This document shows positions 14,239 through 26,900 of a stretch of 64,000 bases of DNA, one piece after another (the first letter of the stretch is position 1; the number at the start of each line of letters is the position of its first letter). The notes below the pieces were generated by a model. It was not told where the DNA came from. It made no database searches and was given only the letters and a program-made list of their open reading frames with translations. Source of the stretch: the human T2T-CHM13v2.0 reference genome, Homo sapiens; the NCBI RefSeq assembly GCF_009914755.1, contig NC_060928.1; one strand, 5' to 3'. The position numbers and the translations under genes are program-made.

Positions 14239-17200
14239 AAAATTAATTTTTAAATAATTATAAAATAAAAATAGTAAATAAACAAATGGACACAGATCTT
14301 GCGTCCTTTTTTTTAAGGACAGTGTTTAATAGTACTATGTTTGTCTTAACTTAGTAAGATAAATTTGTCCTGTTTATCCTAAAACTGTATAAAATAATTA
14401 AAAAAATTTTTTGTATAGTTGTATGTGGTTCCTATACATGTGTCAAAAGTTTAATATGTCAAAAGGTATTTATCTTTTTTAGAGTCTTGGATTTCTCAAA
14501 TGGTTTATCACAGATGGTTAGATTTTTAATTGCTATATATTCTGATCATCATAATAAATACAACTCAGTAATACCCTGGAGAGAAACCTGCAAATGTATT
14601 CCTTAATGGAATTTAAAAGCATACGAATTTAGTTCAGAAAGTAGGTGTTTTCCAAATGTGTTGTAAAGATAAGAGTCAGATTTCACATTGTTAATAATAT
14701 AGTCCTTTTCAGAAAATTTGTTCAAGCAAGTAAGTTATTATATAATCTGTACACTGACTAAAACAAACACAAAACAAACCCCAGCTTTCCCTGCACACAC
14801 ATTCTCCCAGCCTGTTCCTCTAATCCAAAACACCATAAATGAAACTTTCATAGCTATTCTTTGGCCTACAAAATTAATTTAAAATATTGGAAAATTAATC
14901 CATAAAATGTAAAGTGTACGCACATTTAATGTACTCCATGGTCAGAATAACCATAATTATCCTTCTTCCTAGAATATGTTATCTTTTGAATGAGAACATA
15001 TTAACTTTAAAGATTACATGCTGCAGATGAGGGGACAGGAATAATACGATTAAAGAAATCTATGTTAACTCAATACTAATATAAAGATATAGTGACAATA
15101 TAAAAGTAAATATTATAGAAGGAAAGAATCTTACATTGATGTATTTCAAAATATTTTAATATTTAGTTAAAACTTAAAAATCATTGCAGATCAACAGAGT
15201 AGTCTTTTCTCTATGTATTACAAAGTGTTCAAAACTGTACTAAGTAAACACAACTAAGTTATTATTTTAACATTAAGACCACCAATACTTTCTAAAATGA
15301 TGTCCCAACCAAAGATGTCTCTTCTGAGTCTCAGACTGGCATAACTAAAAAGACAGCAATCCAGAGGCTAGTGGCTTTCCTCTTCTTTCATCAGTCATAA
15401 AGTTCTAGTTAATTTCACTTCCTCAGTTTTTCCATTAATCCAATATTTTGGGTTTTCCATCATCTCTTTGATGGTTTCCTAAAACTGCCTCTAAGGTAGT
15501 CTCTACACTTCTGATTTTATTCCACTTTCCAAGCTACCACAACAATGATATTTCTAAACTAAAATTTTGATGGGCCACAACCCTCTGTATGGATGACATA
15601 TAAATCATCTAATAGCCTCACTTCTATTATCCTCTCTCACCATGGCTCCTATATCCTACTTTCTATATCCAAAAAATACTACTCTTCTTCTGGTCTCCAA
15701 TCCTGTAAGGATGCTGTTCTTTCATCTTGGATTATTGACATCTTCATCTTTACCTGATTGTTTTGTACTCATCTTCAATATTTCACTATGGATGTCTGGG
15801 CTAAATTATATAACACCAAAAATGTGGGTTATTTTCTCCTATCATATGTTCTACTCCTAAATTGAATTCTGTAATACAAAAATTGTGGAAAATTTAGGGA
15901 ACATACTTTCAGGTATTATCTATTTTCTTCTTTTTGGCAACTTCAAGAGTTCCCAACACCAAAATGCCTAATAACAATTATTATTGGAAATCATTAATAA
16001 TGATTAATCTTACTCTTATTAAGACTACTTTGGATATAGTAACATAATCTATAACTTTTCTATCTGTCTACTGCAATGGCAGTATTTATTTCAACTTGCA
16101 GTATTTTAGGGAATTTGGAACAATATAGCCACTTAAAGAATAGGGTGAACTTCAATGAAGAAAAAGTCAAATTTGTTTTGTGTGGTAATGTAGGTTTCAT
16201 CCTAGCCATCTAATCTAATATATGAATTTTATGCTAGTTGAGTTATGCTACTTGGAAAGGATCATGTGTCATTACATCACTCCAAAAACCTATCAAAACC
16301 CTCAAGGCAGTAAACATTTTATTGGTCTTACAAACCAGAAAATTGACACTCACAAAGGCTGATTACCTTGCTCAATGTCATAGAGTAAATTTTGAAGACA
16401 AAGAGCAAATTTAATTTTTTAAACTCCAAACCATTACACCATTCTGCCTCCTATGATCAATCTAGACTTCTCAAAAAGTAGCAGCACACTAGTAAACCAA
16501 GGTAATTTATTTGTGTCTTAAAAATACAAGTAGAACCTTCCACTGTGAAAACTTTGTTTTATCATACTTCTCATCAATATAATTTATCAAAATGAAAAAG
16601 CGGCAAGGGAGAGATTGCTTTATTTCCAATTTATGATTCCAAAGAGCTACTCTTTATAGGGATGTACTCTTACAATTTTCTAACTAATAAAACTGCCACA
16701 TCAATAGACAGCTTCAGCAATAATATCTATAAGGGATTAATAAAAGGAAATGTTTCCTTGTATACTGTTTCTATTTTTCACAGTATGTATAAAGAGTAAT
16801 TGTAATACAACATATGTGGTGATAGCATCATTGAACATAGACTCACAGCAAAGCCTTAGTAAACTAAAAAATCGCAACTGATCTGGATGAGAATAATGAC
16901 TGGAAAAGATGTCCAGTAACCACCAGCTAAATAAACAGTTATAACTTAACCAATAATTCTACTCATAGTCCAAATACATTTTTTTCTAAAACACAAAACA
17001 TCAATCTTTTACAAATAAATAGAGATCTACTATATTAATCTTATCAAAAAAGAAATACTAACTTTTTAAAGAAAAAATATTCTATATGTTTTTTATTGCA
17101 GAAGAAGCAATAGAGACTTTTATGCTTGAAGACATTCCTCAATATTAAGATATTTAAAATGGGACTTTGTATTTTATTTTGTTTTGATTTTAGACTCTAC

Positions 17201-19058
17201 TGCCTTTCTAGAAGGAGTTCAATTTGCCTCACCACTTTCCTCCCCTTTTATTCTTTTTCTTTTTTATTTGATTTTTGATATACAGTCCAACAGAATCAAG
17301 TCTTGATCCTTTTTTAAATTTAGCATATGCTCATAGTAGAATTATTTGCTAGATTCAGTCATGACATATTTATTTTCTATACATTTATCCTAATACATGT
17401 TTTATTACAGTGTTTAGTTCCTTTATTCAGATATCAAAATTCTCTCTTTATATTAGAAAAAAATATATTTTCATCTGGCGAGCTTGGATTTTTTTTTTAC
17501 TCAATTGTTATTATTCTTTCCCACTGTAATACACTGCTTTCTTAAAATAAATTATTTAAATGAATTAAAGCACAGCATGGATAAACAAATAACAATGTAA
17601 TTGCACAAGGAGACAAAGATTGTTTTTTGGAAAAATGAGATCACTTATGCAATTTAGTTATGCAATTTTCTATATTCTGAAGAATTACAAGGCATTAAGT
17701 CATTAATGGGAAGAAAGAACAGTGGTATTTCTGAGAAGCAGGCATAGAAATGCAGAAAATATATGCCTTTGATCTAAATGACAGAAGTAAATTTGCCAAT
17801 GGCATAATAATATTAGGCATGTTTAAATGAACCTATATTACTTGAAAGGCAGATTCAATATTTTTCAGTTTGAAGAGGCCATTCAATGTCAAGCATAAAT
17901 GAAATTAAGTTATATACATAATATCTATAATAGAATTTGCTACATTAACGCTTACAGATGTGGGTTAATATTTTATTTGCATACATCACCAAGTCTGTCC
18001 TGTTCTTTGGTTGGATTTATCACATTTCTGCAGACATGGCTTGCTGCTGGAAATGGACATGAACAATCAAATTTTCAGTTTGAAATAAGTGAAAGATTCC
18101 ACTCCAGCTGTATTTGCTAAGCCTTTTGGTAGCTGCAATGATAAGGCAAAAAGAGTTTTGAGAGTGAGAAATCTAAAGTGGAGATGCAAATCTCATGCTC
18201 TATTGCTGTATTATTATCTTTGAATATGCTGATCCTGACTAGCCTCAAACTAGCTGTACCAGAACTGAAAAGAAAAGAGGAAGGGGTTATGGTTCTTACT
18301 TTGTGAACTGCGCTACATCCATTTTTTAGCACATTTTTATTACAGTGAAACACAGTTTTATTAATATATATTTAAAGTAGTTTTTGTTTCATAAACTATT
18401 ATGAAAAAGCACTCCATTTATATTTCTAGTTGTTGCTCCTTATGCACACAGAGTCACATATCTGTATCATACATTTATATCTAAATGATGTCATATTATG
18501 GTTAATCAATCTTATCAAATAAATTGGTGAATAAATGTTGAGTTCTATTTTTAAACAAAACGGAAGTATTTTTAATATTTCTATGATAATTAAAAACAAT
18601 TTATTGGTTTTAATTTCTACTTTCTAAGGATGCGATTCCTTAACTATTTAGTTAGGAATAGATAGTATTAATAATTATTAAAGTTGAAAATACACAAACA
18701 CTCAAAATCGTGCAGGTATTTTCCTGCCAGCTTAATCATCTGCATTCCAATAGATATTTTTGTTTCAAATAGTTGTGCACAGTCATTTTAATATGACCAG
18801 AGAGATACCTCCTCAGTAAATTTTAATCTAGCAATAATCTCACCAGGTAAACTGCTGGTATTTTTACTAATAAGATAAACCATTGGAAAAATTAAAATAT
18901 CTGGATAATTATGTTTTAAATTTGAACGTTCTGTTTTAAAAAGGTGTAGCAAGAAATGCAAGCAATTTTATTATTGGATTCAGAGTGGTTTGCATTTTTT
19001 CCCCTTGGCTACAGCTCCACCTTTCAGTGACACAAATATGTATTATGGGTAGAAAATT

Positions 19059-19482
19059 TGTGACAGTTGTTAGAATCAAAATGGGGCCACTAGTGCTAAA
19101 ATTCCTTTATGAAGCCCAGGAAGGCGATGACAAGGCAGCTCTCAGACACAAATGCATGATAACAAGAGCTACCACACAATACTCTGTTGAAACCACAACT
19201 TTGCACAAAGGCCATTTTGCAACTTTATACAAAAAAACACTTCTGCCAGGACATCTGCCTAGTAAGTGTCTGTCCAGTCTTTTACTGATCCTTATAGCCA
19301 AGAATAATTATCTCAAAATAATTATATAATCCTCCTCATTTTTCCTTTAAAAATGTGTCTTCCTTTACCTACCTAAATAGGCATACAGTTTTCTATGGCA
19401 TACATATTCCCATTGAAATCCCTTTTTCAAATAAATACCATTTTATTTTAGAAAGTCTCCTACTTTATTATTTAGGTTGACA
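19059..19482 (+). mobile_element. ERV1 solo LTR, MER65-like
   Basis: TG...CA ends; tgtgacagttgttagaatcaaaatgg, gaaaccacaactttgcacaaaggcc, AATAAA, ttatttaggttgaca. Confidence 0.75.
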
Positions 19483-19590
19483 AACTAAAGATAAAAATGG
19501 TCACATTTTTTATTTCTAACATTTAGCATAAAGCACCCGAATAATATGATGTGCCTCTAACTCTATTTGTTGAATGGAACCAAGGGTAGG

Positions 19591-19746
19591 TTTCATGCGC
19601 ATCCATGTGAAGAGACCACCCAACTGGCTTTGTGTGAGCAGTAAAGCTTTTTCATCACCTGGGTGCAGGCGAGCTGAGTCAGAAAAGAGAGTCAGAGAAG
19701 GGAGATAGAGGTGGGGCCATTTTATAGGATTTGGGTGGGTAGTGGG
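19591..19746 (-). mobile_element. HERV-H 3' LTR remnant (TATA region, R, U5; most of U3 deleted)
   Basis: Aligns to 22464-22619 with about 20 mismatches in 156 nt, then switches abruptly to pol sequence. Confidence 0.92.
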
Positions 19747-20290
19747 ACAAAAAGGCTACAGGGTGTGGTCCCGGTCCTTGTATAAGAATTCCGACTGCAC
19801 AGCCTTGTACTTTGGCTGTGTGTAATGAAAGGGTTGGGATGAGTCAGAGAGAGCTAGTGTGGAAGCAGTCTCTAAAGCTGTCTTCAAGGAATGGAAAGAG
19901 GAGTGGGGAAAGGATTTAGGATCTATGGGGTCAGCAAGGTTTATCTAGAACAGAATAATGGGTTGTGGAGGGAGGTATCAAGGACAGGAGAGTGTATGGG
20001 TTTGGCACCATGGGGTGGATAAGCAAAGCAATTTGGTTGATAAGGAGCAGATCCTGAACTAACCTGTAAGGCTCATCCAGTTCTAGGACAGGTAAAATGG
20101 GGGAATTGTAAGGAGAGTTTATAGGCTTTAAAAGGCCATGCTGTAACAGGCGAGTGATAACAGGCTTTAATCCTCCTGAAGTGTGCTGTGGGATGGGATA
20201 TTGGCATTGAGCGGGGTAAGGGTGATTAGGTTTTAATGGGATGGTAAAGGGAGCATGATCCATCACCAAGAAGGGAATAGAGGTGTCCTA
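19747..20290 (-). pseudogene. HERV-H pol remnant: RT N-terminus joined to a connection-domain piece
   Basis: QYPIPQ...SPYNSPILPV...YRLVQDL...VPNPYTLLS...THYSVLD, then a junction near 19943; ends at QGPGPHPVAFLS; no LPQG or YVDD motif. Confidence 0.9.
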
Positions 20291-20329
20291 TACTTGTGGA
20301 TTAAGATGGGGAGATACAAGGGGAGGATG

Positions 20330-20660
20330 TGAAGGAGGCTTTGAACTGGGGAAAAGGGCGGCAGTGAGATGTGGCTGTAGCCTAGGAATAGTCAGGGAAG
20401 CAGGTAATATAGTTAAAATGTCTCGGCCTAATAAGGGAACTGGGCAGGTGGGGATAACTACAAAGGAGTACATAAAAGAATATTGTCCAAGTTGGCATCA
20501 GAGTTGGGGAGTTTTAAGAGGTTTAGAAGCCTGGCCATCAATACCCACAATAGTTATGGAAGCAAGGGAAACAGGCCCTTGAAAAGAAGGTAATGTGGAG
20601 TGGGTAGCCTCCATATTGATTAAGAAGGGGACGGACTTACCCTCCACTGTAAGAGTTACC
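20330..20660 (-). pseudogene. HERV-H protease remnant
   Basis: TVEGKSVPFLINMEATHSTL (catalytic DTG motif absent) and PTCPVPLLGRDIL. Confidence 0.88.
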
Positions 20661-20699
20661 CAAAGCATCTGTGATGGTCCAAGAGGCTTCCGAGGTGAT

Positions 20700-21560
20700 C
20701 GGGCAGCGTCAGTCTTCAGCTGCTAAGCCGAGAAGGTCTGGGAAGGAGTCAGTCAGAGCACTGGGGCCAGTTGGACAGTCCAATTTCCAGTGGGGTCCCA
20801 CAGAGATGGGACAGAGCTTAGGAGGAATCCTGGGCTCCAGGCATTCCTTGGCCCAGTGGCCAGATTTCTGGCACTTGAAGAAAGATCCTGATGGAAAAGG
20901 TCCTGTAGGAATGCTTGACTGCTGAGGCTTAGTCATTTTGAAGTTCTTGAATGCTGGAGATGTGGCTGGGGTTTCTCTCACGGTGGAGGCAAGGAATTGC
21001 AACTCAGAAATACATTGCTACTTGGCTGCCTCTATTATTGTACACCTTGAAGGTGAGGTTAATTAAGTCCTGTTGTGGGGTTTGAGGGCTGGAATCTAAT
21101 TTTTGGAGCTTTTTTTTAAATGTCAGGAGCTGACTGGATGACAAAATGCATATTGAGAATAAGACAGCCTTCTGGCCCTTCTGGGTCTAGGGCGGTAAGG
21201 CATCTCAGGGTTGCTGCCAAACGGGCCATGAACTGGGCTGGGTTTTTCATATTTGATGAAAAAGAGCCTAAACTCTAACTGATTTGGGAGAGGTCTGATA
21301 AAGAAAAAGGAGCATTAACCTTGCCTATGCCTTTAGCTTCAGCCACATCTTTAAGAGGAAATTGTTGGGCAACTGGGGGAGGGCTAGTCACAGAAAGAAA
21401 CTGTAAGCCAGACCGGGTGTGAGGAGGGAAGGTGATAGAAAGATTACAGGGTGGAGGAGTGGAGGCTGGGGAAGAATTGGACCTGGCTCGGCCTGGCAAG
21501 GAGCAGCTTGGGGAGGAGGGGAGAGGTCAGATGGGTCCGTAGAAACTCAGCAATGCTTGG
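20700..21560 (-). pseudogene. HERV-H gag remnant
   Basis: Nucleocapsid region FFKCQKSGHWAKEC...CPISVGPHWKLDC (each zinc knuckle has lost a Cys); QQFPLKDVAEAKG...VNAPFSLSDLSQI. Confidence 0.88.
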
Positions 21561-22311
21561 GGTTGAGACTGAGGGGACAGGCGGGAGGGAAAGAAGGAAG
21601 ATTTGGGACAAGTTGCATTGGGAACAGAGACTAAGGATGGACTGATGTGTAAAAGAATGCCTGGACGTCAGGCACCTCAGAACATTTGCTCATTTTACGA
21701 CAAGAATTATCTGGACCTTGTAGGATGGAAAAATTGAAAGTGCCATTTTCTGGCTATTTGGAACCATTGTCGAGTTTGTATTGGGGTTAAGCAGCATTGC
21801 AGAAGAAAATGAGGCATTTAGGTTTTAGGCCAGGTGTGAGTTGAAGAGGTTTTAAGTTCTCGAGAACACAGGCTAAGGGAGAAGAAGGAGGAACGGAGGG
21901 TGGAAGGTTGCCTATAGTGAAGGAGGCAAGTCCAGAGAAAAGAGAGGGTAGAGACACGGGGAGAAGGGGTGGGGGGCGGGTACTTGCCCCCCAGGAAAAT
22001 GGTGCTTGCCACTAAGGGTGAAGGATCAAGGCAGGCATCCATGCAGTGATCAGACACCTCTGAAACTTGGGTGAATAATCAAGCAGGCATCCCTGCAGTG
22101 ATTAAACACCAAGGGAAGACTGTCTTCCCGAGTCCGTGACCAGCACCAGAGTTTTGGGTTCACAGATAAAACACGTCTCCTCTGTCTCTACCAGAAAAGG
22201 AAAGGAACTGAAATTAAGAGAAGGGAGAGATTGAAGGATGGCACCAAGATTGAAAGGAGAAAGAGGTTTAGGGATAGTGAGAGAGGTTGGAGAAGAGAGT
22301 AAAAAGAGACT

Positions 22312-22320
22312 GCTTACCCG
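22312..22320 (-). promoter_or_regulatory. HERV-H major splice donor
   Basis: Minus strand AATCGG|GTAAGC in the leader, about 130 nt downstream of the PBS. Confidence 0.7.
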
Positions 22321-22443
22321 ATTTAAAATTGGTGAGATGTTCCTTGAGCTGGTTGGTCTGAGGACCCGAGATCGTAGGTGGATCTTTCTCATGGAGCAAA
22401 GAGCAGGAAAACAGGGGATTGATCTCTCAAGGGAGGTCCCCTG

Positions 22444-22461
22444 ATTCGAGTCACGGCACCA
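22444..22461 (-). other. Primer binding site (tRNA-His)
   Basis: Minus strand TGGTGCCGTGACTCGAAT; 1 mismatch to the His PBS TGGTGCCGTGACTCGGAT; 2 nt from the LTR end. Confidence 0.93.
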
Positions 22462-22463
22462 AA

Positions 22464-22896
22464 TTTCACATGCATCCATGTGAGGAGACCACCAAATAGG
22501 CTTTGTGTGAGCAATAAAGCTTTTTAATCACCTGGGTGCAGGTGGGCTGAGTTCAAAAATAGAGTCAGTGAAGGGAGATAGGGGTGGAGCCGTTTTATAG
22601 GATTTGGTTGGGTAGTGGAAAATTACAGTCAAAGAGGGTTGTTCTCTTGCAGGCAGATGCGGGGGTCACAAGGTGCTCAGTTGGGGAGCTTCTGAGCCAG
22701 GAGAAGGAATTTCACGAGGTTAATTGCTCAGTTAAGATAGGGCAGAAACAAATCAAAATGGTGGAATGTCATCAGTTAAGGCAGGAACGGCCATTTTCAC
22801 TTCTTTTGTGATTCTTTACTTGCTTCATGCCATCTGGATGTATATGTGCAGGTCATACGAGATATGATGGCTTAGCTTGGGCTCAGAGACCTGACG
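22464..22896 (-). promoter_or_regulatory. HERV-H 5' LTR (LTR7 family), full length
   Basis: 433 nt; minus-strand TATAAAA at 22593-22599, ATTAAA in R, repeated tcagttaag U3 motifs; terminal TG mutated to CG. Confidence 0.93.
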
Positions 22897-23828
22897 GTAG
22901 GTTTATTGTTTCTATTTGTACATTAAAAACTGATTTGCAAAAATATAGACAAAATATTTCTAAATCAATAGGCACATTCTTCATAATTTTTAGAATTTTT
23001 TCAGTTTGTACTGTAAGTTCTGCTTTTTAAAACTAAATTTGAGTTTATTCTCTCCTTGATCTTGGAAATTGTTCTTTTAGAACGCAGTAATTTAAATGTG
23101 AACTGCCTAACTATAAAAATGTTATTTGGTTTAACACCATACAACATGTAACATTACACATATTACTCAACTTAAAGAGGAAAATGAAATACTAAATTAA
23201 GCAAATAAAACATTTATCTTTTTTTGTAAACATACTCTAAACTACTGTTTGTTTTTCTTAAGATGGAGTGCCTGTATGACTTTCTGGAATTACAAATTTT
23301 TCTGTTTTATTTTATTATGCTTTCAGCATTTACCATTGCTTTTAAACAATCTTGACCCTTTGAATGGCTGAAAATAAAATGTCTTTTTAATGGAAAATTT
23401 GCTATTTTAGCATTTTTCAATTAAATCTGCCTGTTTAGTACAGAATCACAACTATTGTAGTTTTAATTTTTAAAACAGTTCACAATTGCTTCAAACATGT
23501 GACTATCGATAACCACAATGTCTATGAATGTTTCCATCCTTGTGACACATCACTGTGAGGATAGGAGAAAAAACAAAGTTACGGTGATTAAATATTGAGA
23601 CAACTGAAAGTCAGAGATATAGAAGATAAAGATGATAGTTTATTAGGAAAAGTATGCATTATATACAAGCATTTGATAAAATATACTGGTATATTTAAAC
23701 CTGCAATACAGAGGTTATATAGTGCTAATATTTGTCCAAAGAAATATTGAACAAATAGACATTTTATTGTAATTCTCTTATTCCTCTCAAATTCAAAATC
23801 ACAGTGTAATTTTAAAATTAATTACTCA

Positions 23829-24128
23829 GTGGGACACAGTGGCTCACGCCTGTAATCCCAGAACTTTGGGAGGCTGAGGCAGGAAGATTGCTTGAGCCCA
23901 GGAATTTGAGACCAGCCTGGGCAACATAGTGAACCCTGTCTCCACAAAAAATACAAAAATTAGCCAGGCATGGTGGTTTGAGCCTGTAGTTGCAGCTACT
24001 TGGGAAGCTGAGGTGGGAGGATTGCTTCAGCCCAGAAGGTCGAGGCTGCAGGCTACAGTGAGCAATGATAGTGCCACTGCATTCCAGCCTGGGTGACAGA
24101 GTGAGACCTTGTCTCAAAAAAAAAAAAA
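23829..24128 (+). mobile_element. AluJ
   Basis: gattgcttgagcccagg diagnostics, poly(A), AAAATTAATT flanking repeat. Confidence 0.93.
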
Positions 24129-24772
24129 TTAATTTGTCTTCAGATGCATTATGGAGGTAGTTAATATATACATCCAAATACAGAATGGCAGGAAATAAAA
24201 CCTTCTACCACAAAGCAATCATTTTAAAAAAAGGGCATAGAACCAATGGATGATAAGTATGTTTTATGTTTTAACACAGAAAAATGTGTAATAATATTCA
24301 TCTATATATATTACTTTATCTGAAAGTACTTCTCGTTTAATATTCACAGTTTAGTTTGCAGTTTACTTCTTTAAAATGTTTGCCTCTAAAATGGAGTTAA
24401 AGATGTCTTTCTGTTGTTTTCTTATAATATGTATTCTTAACACATATATTGAAACTATATATATTATAATCATGTATTTTTCTTTATTCTTATATGCATT
24501 CTGTTTGATTCCACAGATTGTAAGCAGCATTGCAGTCCTGGGGGTACTTTGCCAAGTAACTGGCATTTAATAAATATCCTTCAAATTAACAACAATTATT
24601 TTATACAAGATAGTATGTTGACTAGATTATTTTATAGTATATAAATGGGAATAAAATTAAATGAAGAATATATTGTGTGGCTTTGATTTTAGAATGCAGA
24701 GCTTCAGATAAAATAGCAAAAAAAAAAAAAAAATAAAAGCATGGAAACTATACAGGCCAGTTTAAAGAAAAT

Positions 24773-24800
24773 CAAAACAACAACAACAACAACAAAACAA
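24773..24800 (+). repeat. (CAA)n microsatellite
   Basis: caaaacaacaacaacaacaacaaaacaa. Confidence 0.8.
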
Positions 24801-24849
24801 CCAAAAGCCTCTATTGGCTCCCAATTATATGTCAAATTTTATAGACATT

Positions 24850-24990
24850 AATATCCTAACATGGGTATTACCACTAGATTACAAGAGAGAAAATTGAAGT
24901 TCAGAGCTTTCAATCAATTGACCACACTCACTAGCAATAAAGAGCTCAGCTGGAATTTAAAAATTAGGTCAGTTCAGTATCACAGCCTGT
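24850..24990 (-). mobile_element. MIR
   Basis: gagaaaattgaagttcagag...agagctcagctggaattt. Confidence 0.55.
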
Positions 24991-26756
24991 TACCTTCCTT
25001 GCTTTACCCTCCAAGTTTTGAGTCCCAGTGGAAGCACTAAGTTTCTGGCTCTGTCAGCCCCTGCAAAGTAATACTTTGGAGAGCTAGACCTTCATCTTTT
25101 CCATCTGTGCACTGTCACAAATTTACTTGGTGTTTCTGATATATGTATTTAATAAATATCTGTTGAAGTGAATATGAGTTTTTAGTTAAATGTTAAATAC
25201 ACACATCACAAGTACGTAATAGTTTTAGGGAGCCTATAATTTGGATCTATGAAAGTATTTAGATTCACATAGTAATTAGAATATGCTTAGGTTTCATCAG
25301 TAAAATATCAATCAGATCTACAGAAAGCAAAGACCATATTACTTAGTAAAGGTAATTTCATAACTATATGCTCAAGAAAAATCAACTTTTGGTATTCAAA
25401 TAGAATAAATTATAACAAATATTTGTGAATTTTCAAATAGAGTAACTAAACTCTTAGAATAATAGCACATTTTATTTAAGGGTTGTAATGCATGTCAAAA
25501 AAACGACCCCTGGATTTAAAAGCTAAGCAGTGCTTGTAATGACAGGATATCCCAGAAATAACTCTTAATGACTCCCAATCAACACACTGTTGCATTTTTA
25601 TCCTACACATTTCTGATGATTATTTAACACTATCTTTTAAGGTTTTAGTTTTATGGAGGAGGGGGAAGAAGAACAATAATTTAGTTTAATATTAAAATAG
25701 TGATTAGTACTGACAAGCTATGTGAACAAGGTCTATTATCTACCTGATTTTTAATTACCTTTTTAAAAATATATACATGTTCTGGGATTTTACTTTTCTT
25801 CATTATACCTGCTAGATCCTGAACTTTTAATTTCAGACTATTAATTACTATGATATCCCCAGGTCATTTCCTACTCTCTGTTTCTGCAAGATTAATATCA
25901 TCCTAAACATTTACGTTACCTCTCCTTTTCTATCTCCCCAGATAGCTAACTTAACTTTACACACACTGAATTTCACATCTTTTTGTTGCTGCCATAGCAA
26001 ATTTCTATTTCTTTTCTTTTCTTCTTAACAATATCCTCCTTAGTGCTAACATTGTTTCCTACTTTATCACTAAATTTTATTGTCAGGAGATTCTGCTGTG
26101 GAAATTCAATTGTCTGTAAATCTGAGCAGGAGTAAAGCTGCTAAAATCATTGTGAGTCTTATTTAACTGTCTGGCACATAAATCAGGTGGATTTTATTCG
26201 ATTTCAGTGGGGTGTTTCTCTAGACCTTAGCGATCTAACACATACTGATATTAACTAACTGCACATTCAAGTGCATATTATTGCTTCAAAGAGGGATAAT
26301 TTCATCCGGAAAGGACAGCCTATCTTTTTAAAAGGCAATCATCAAGAAACATGTCTGAGTAATGTCATCCTGGGTCAGTGATATAAAAGGGGACTGGAAA
26401 TTCAAAGCTTTTCAGTGTTGTCATTACTTCATTCCATGCCTTCGGACTAGTCCTTAAATGCTAGACATATTGCATTCCTGTTGTATATCATTTCAGTCTA
26501 TCACTATTGGCATGGAAAATAATATTTTTATAGTGATATAGTAGGTTACTATTGTTGGCTGTGTTTCTACACACATTAATTTTATTGTGTTCTTTAAATC
26601 TACCAATAACCGTATATAGTGAATAGTCTTATCACTGTTATTATCTTAAGGCAGTAAAATGTGAGATTTGAAATTAAAAAAGATATATAACTTCTCCATA
26701 GAAGAAACATTGATACAGGCCAGAATCATGATTTAGATACAAGATGGCATATGGAT

Positions 26757-26900
26757 GTGTGTGTGTGTGTATGTGTGTGTTTAGGATTAGATATATGTAT
26801 ATATATTATGTTAGTATATATATTCTAAAGGTCTATGTATATATGTGTGTAGAAACACAAACATAAACATATATAAATATATACATATATGTATTTAGAT
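26757..26900. repeat. (TG)n and degenerate (TA)n simple repeats
   Basis: tgtgtgtgtgtgtgtatgtgtgtgt followed by TA-rich runs. Confidence 0.85.

Larger units (their letters stand above)
19591..22896 (-). mobile_element. HERV-H provirus, heavily deleted (3.3 kb)
   Basis: LTR7-family sequence at both ends; 5-bp TSD GTAGG at 19586-19590 and 22897-22901; tRNA-His PBS; gag, pro and pol remnants. Confidence 0.96.

Noticed and set aside
18000-18350. Acceptor-like tttctgcag followed by unique sequence
   Set aside because: No convincing donor or coding signal; cannot call an exon from sequence alone
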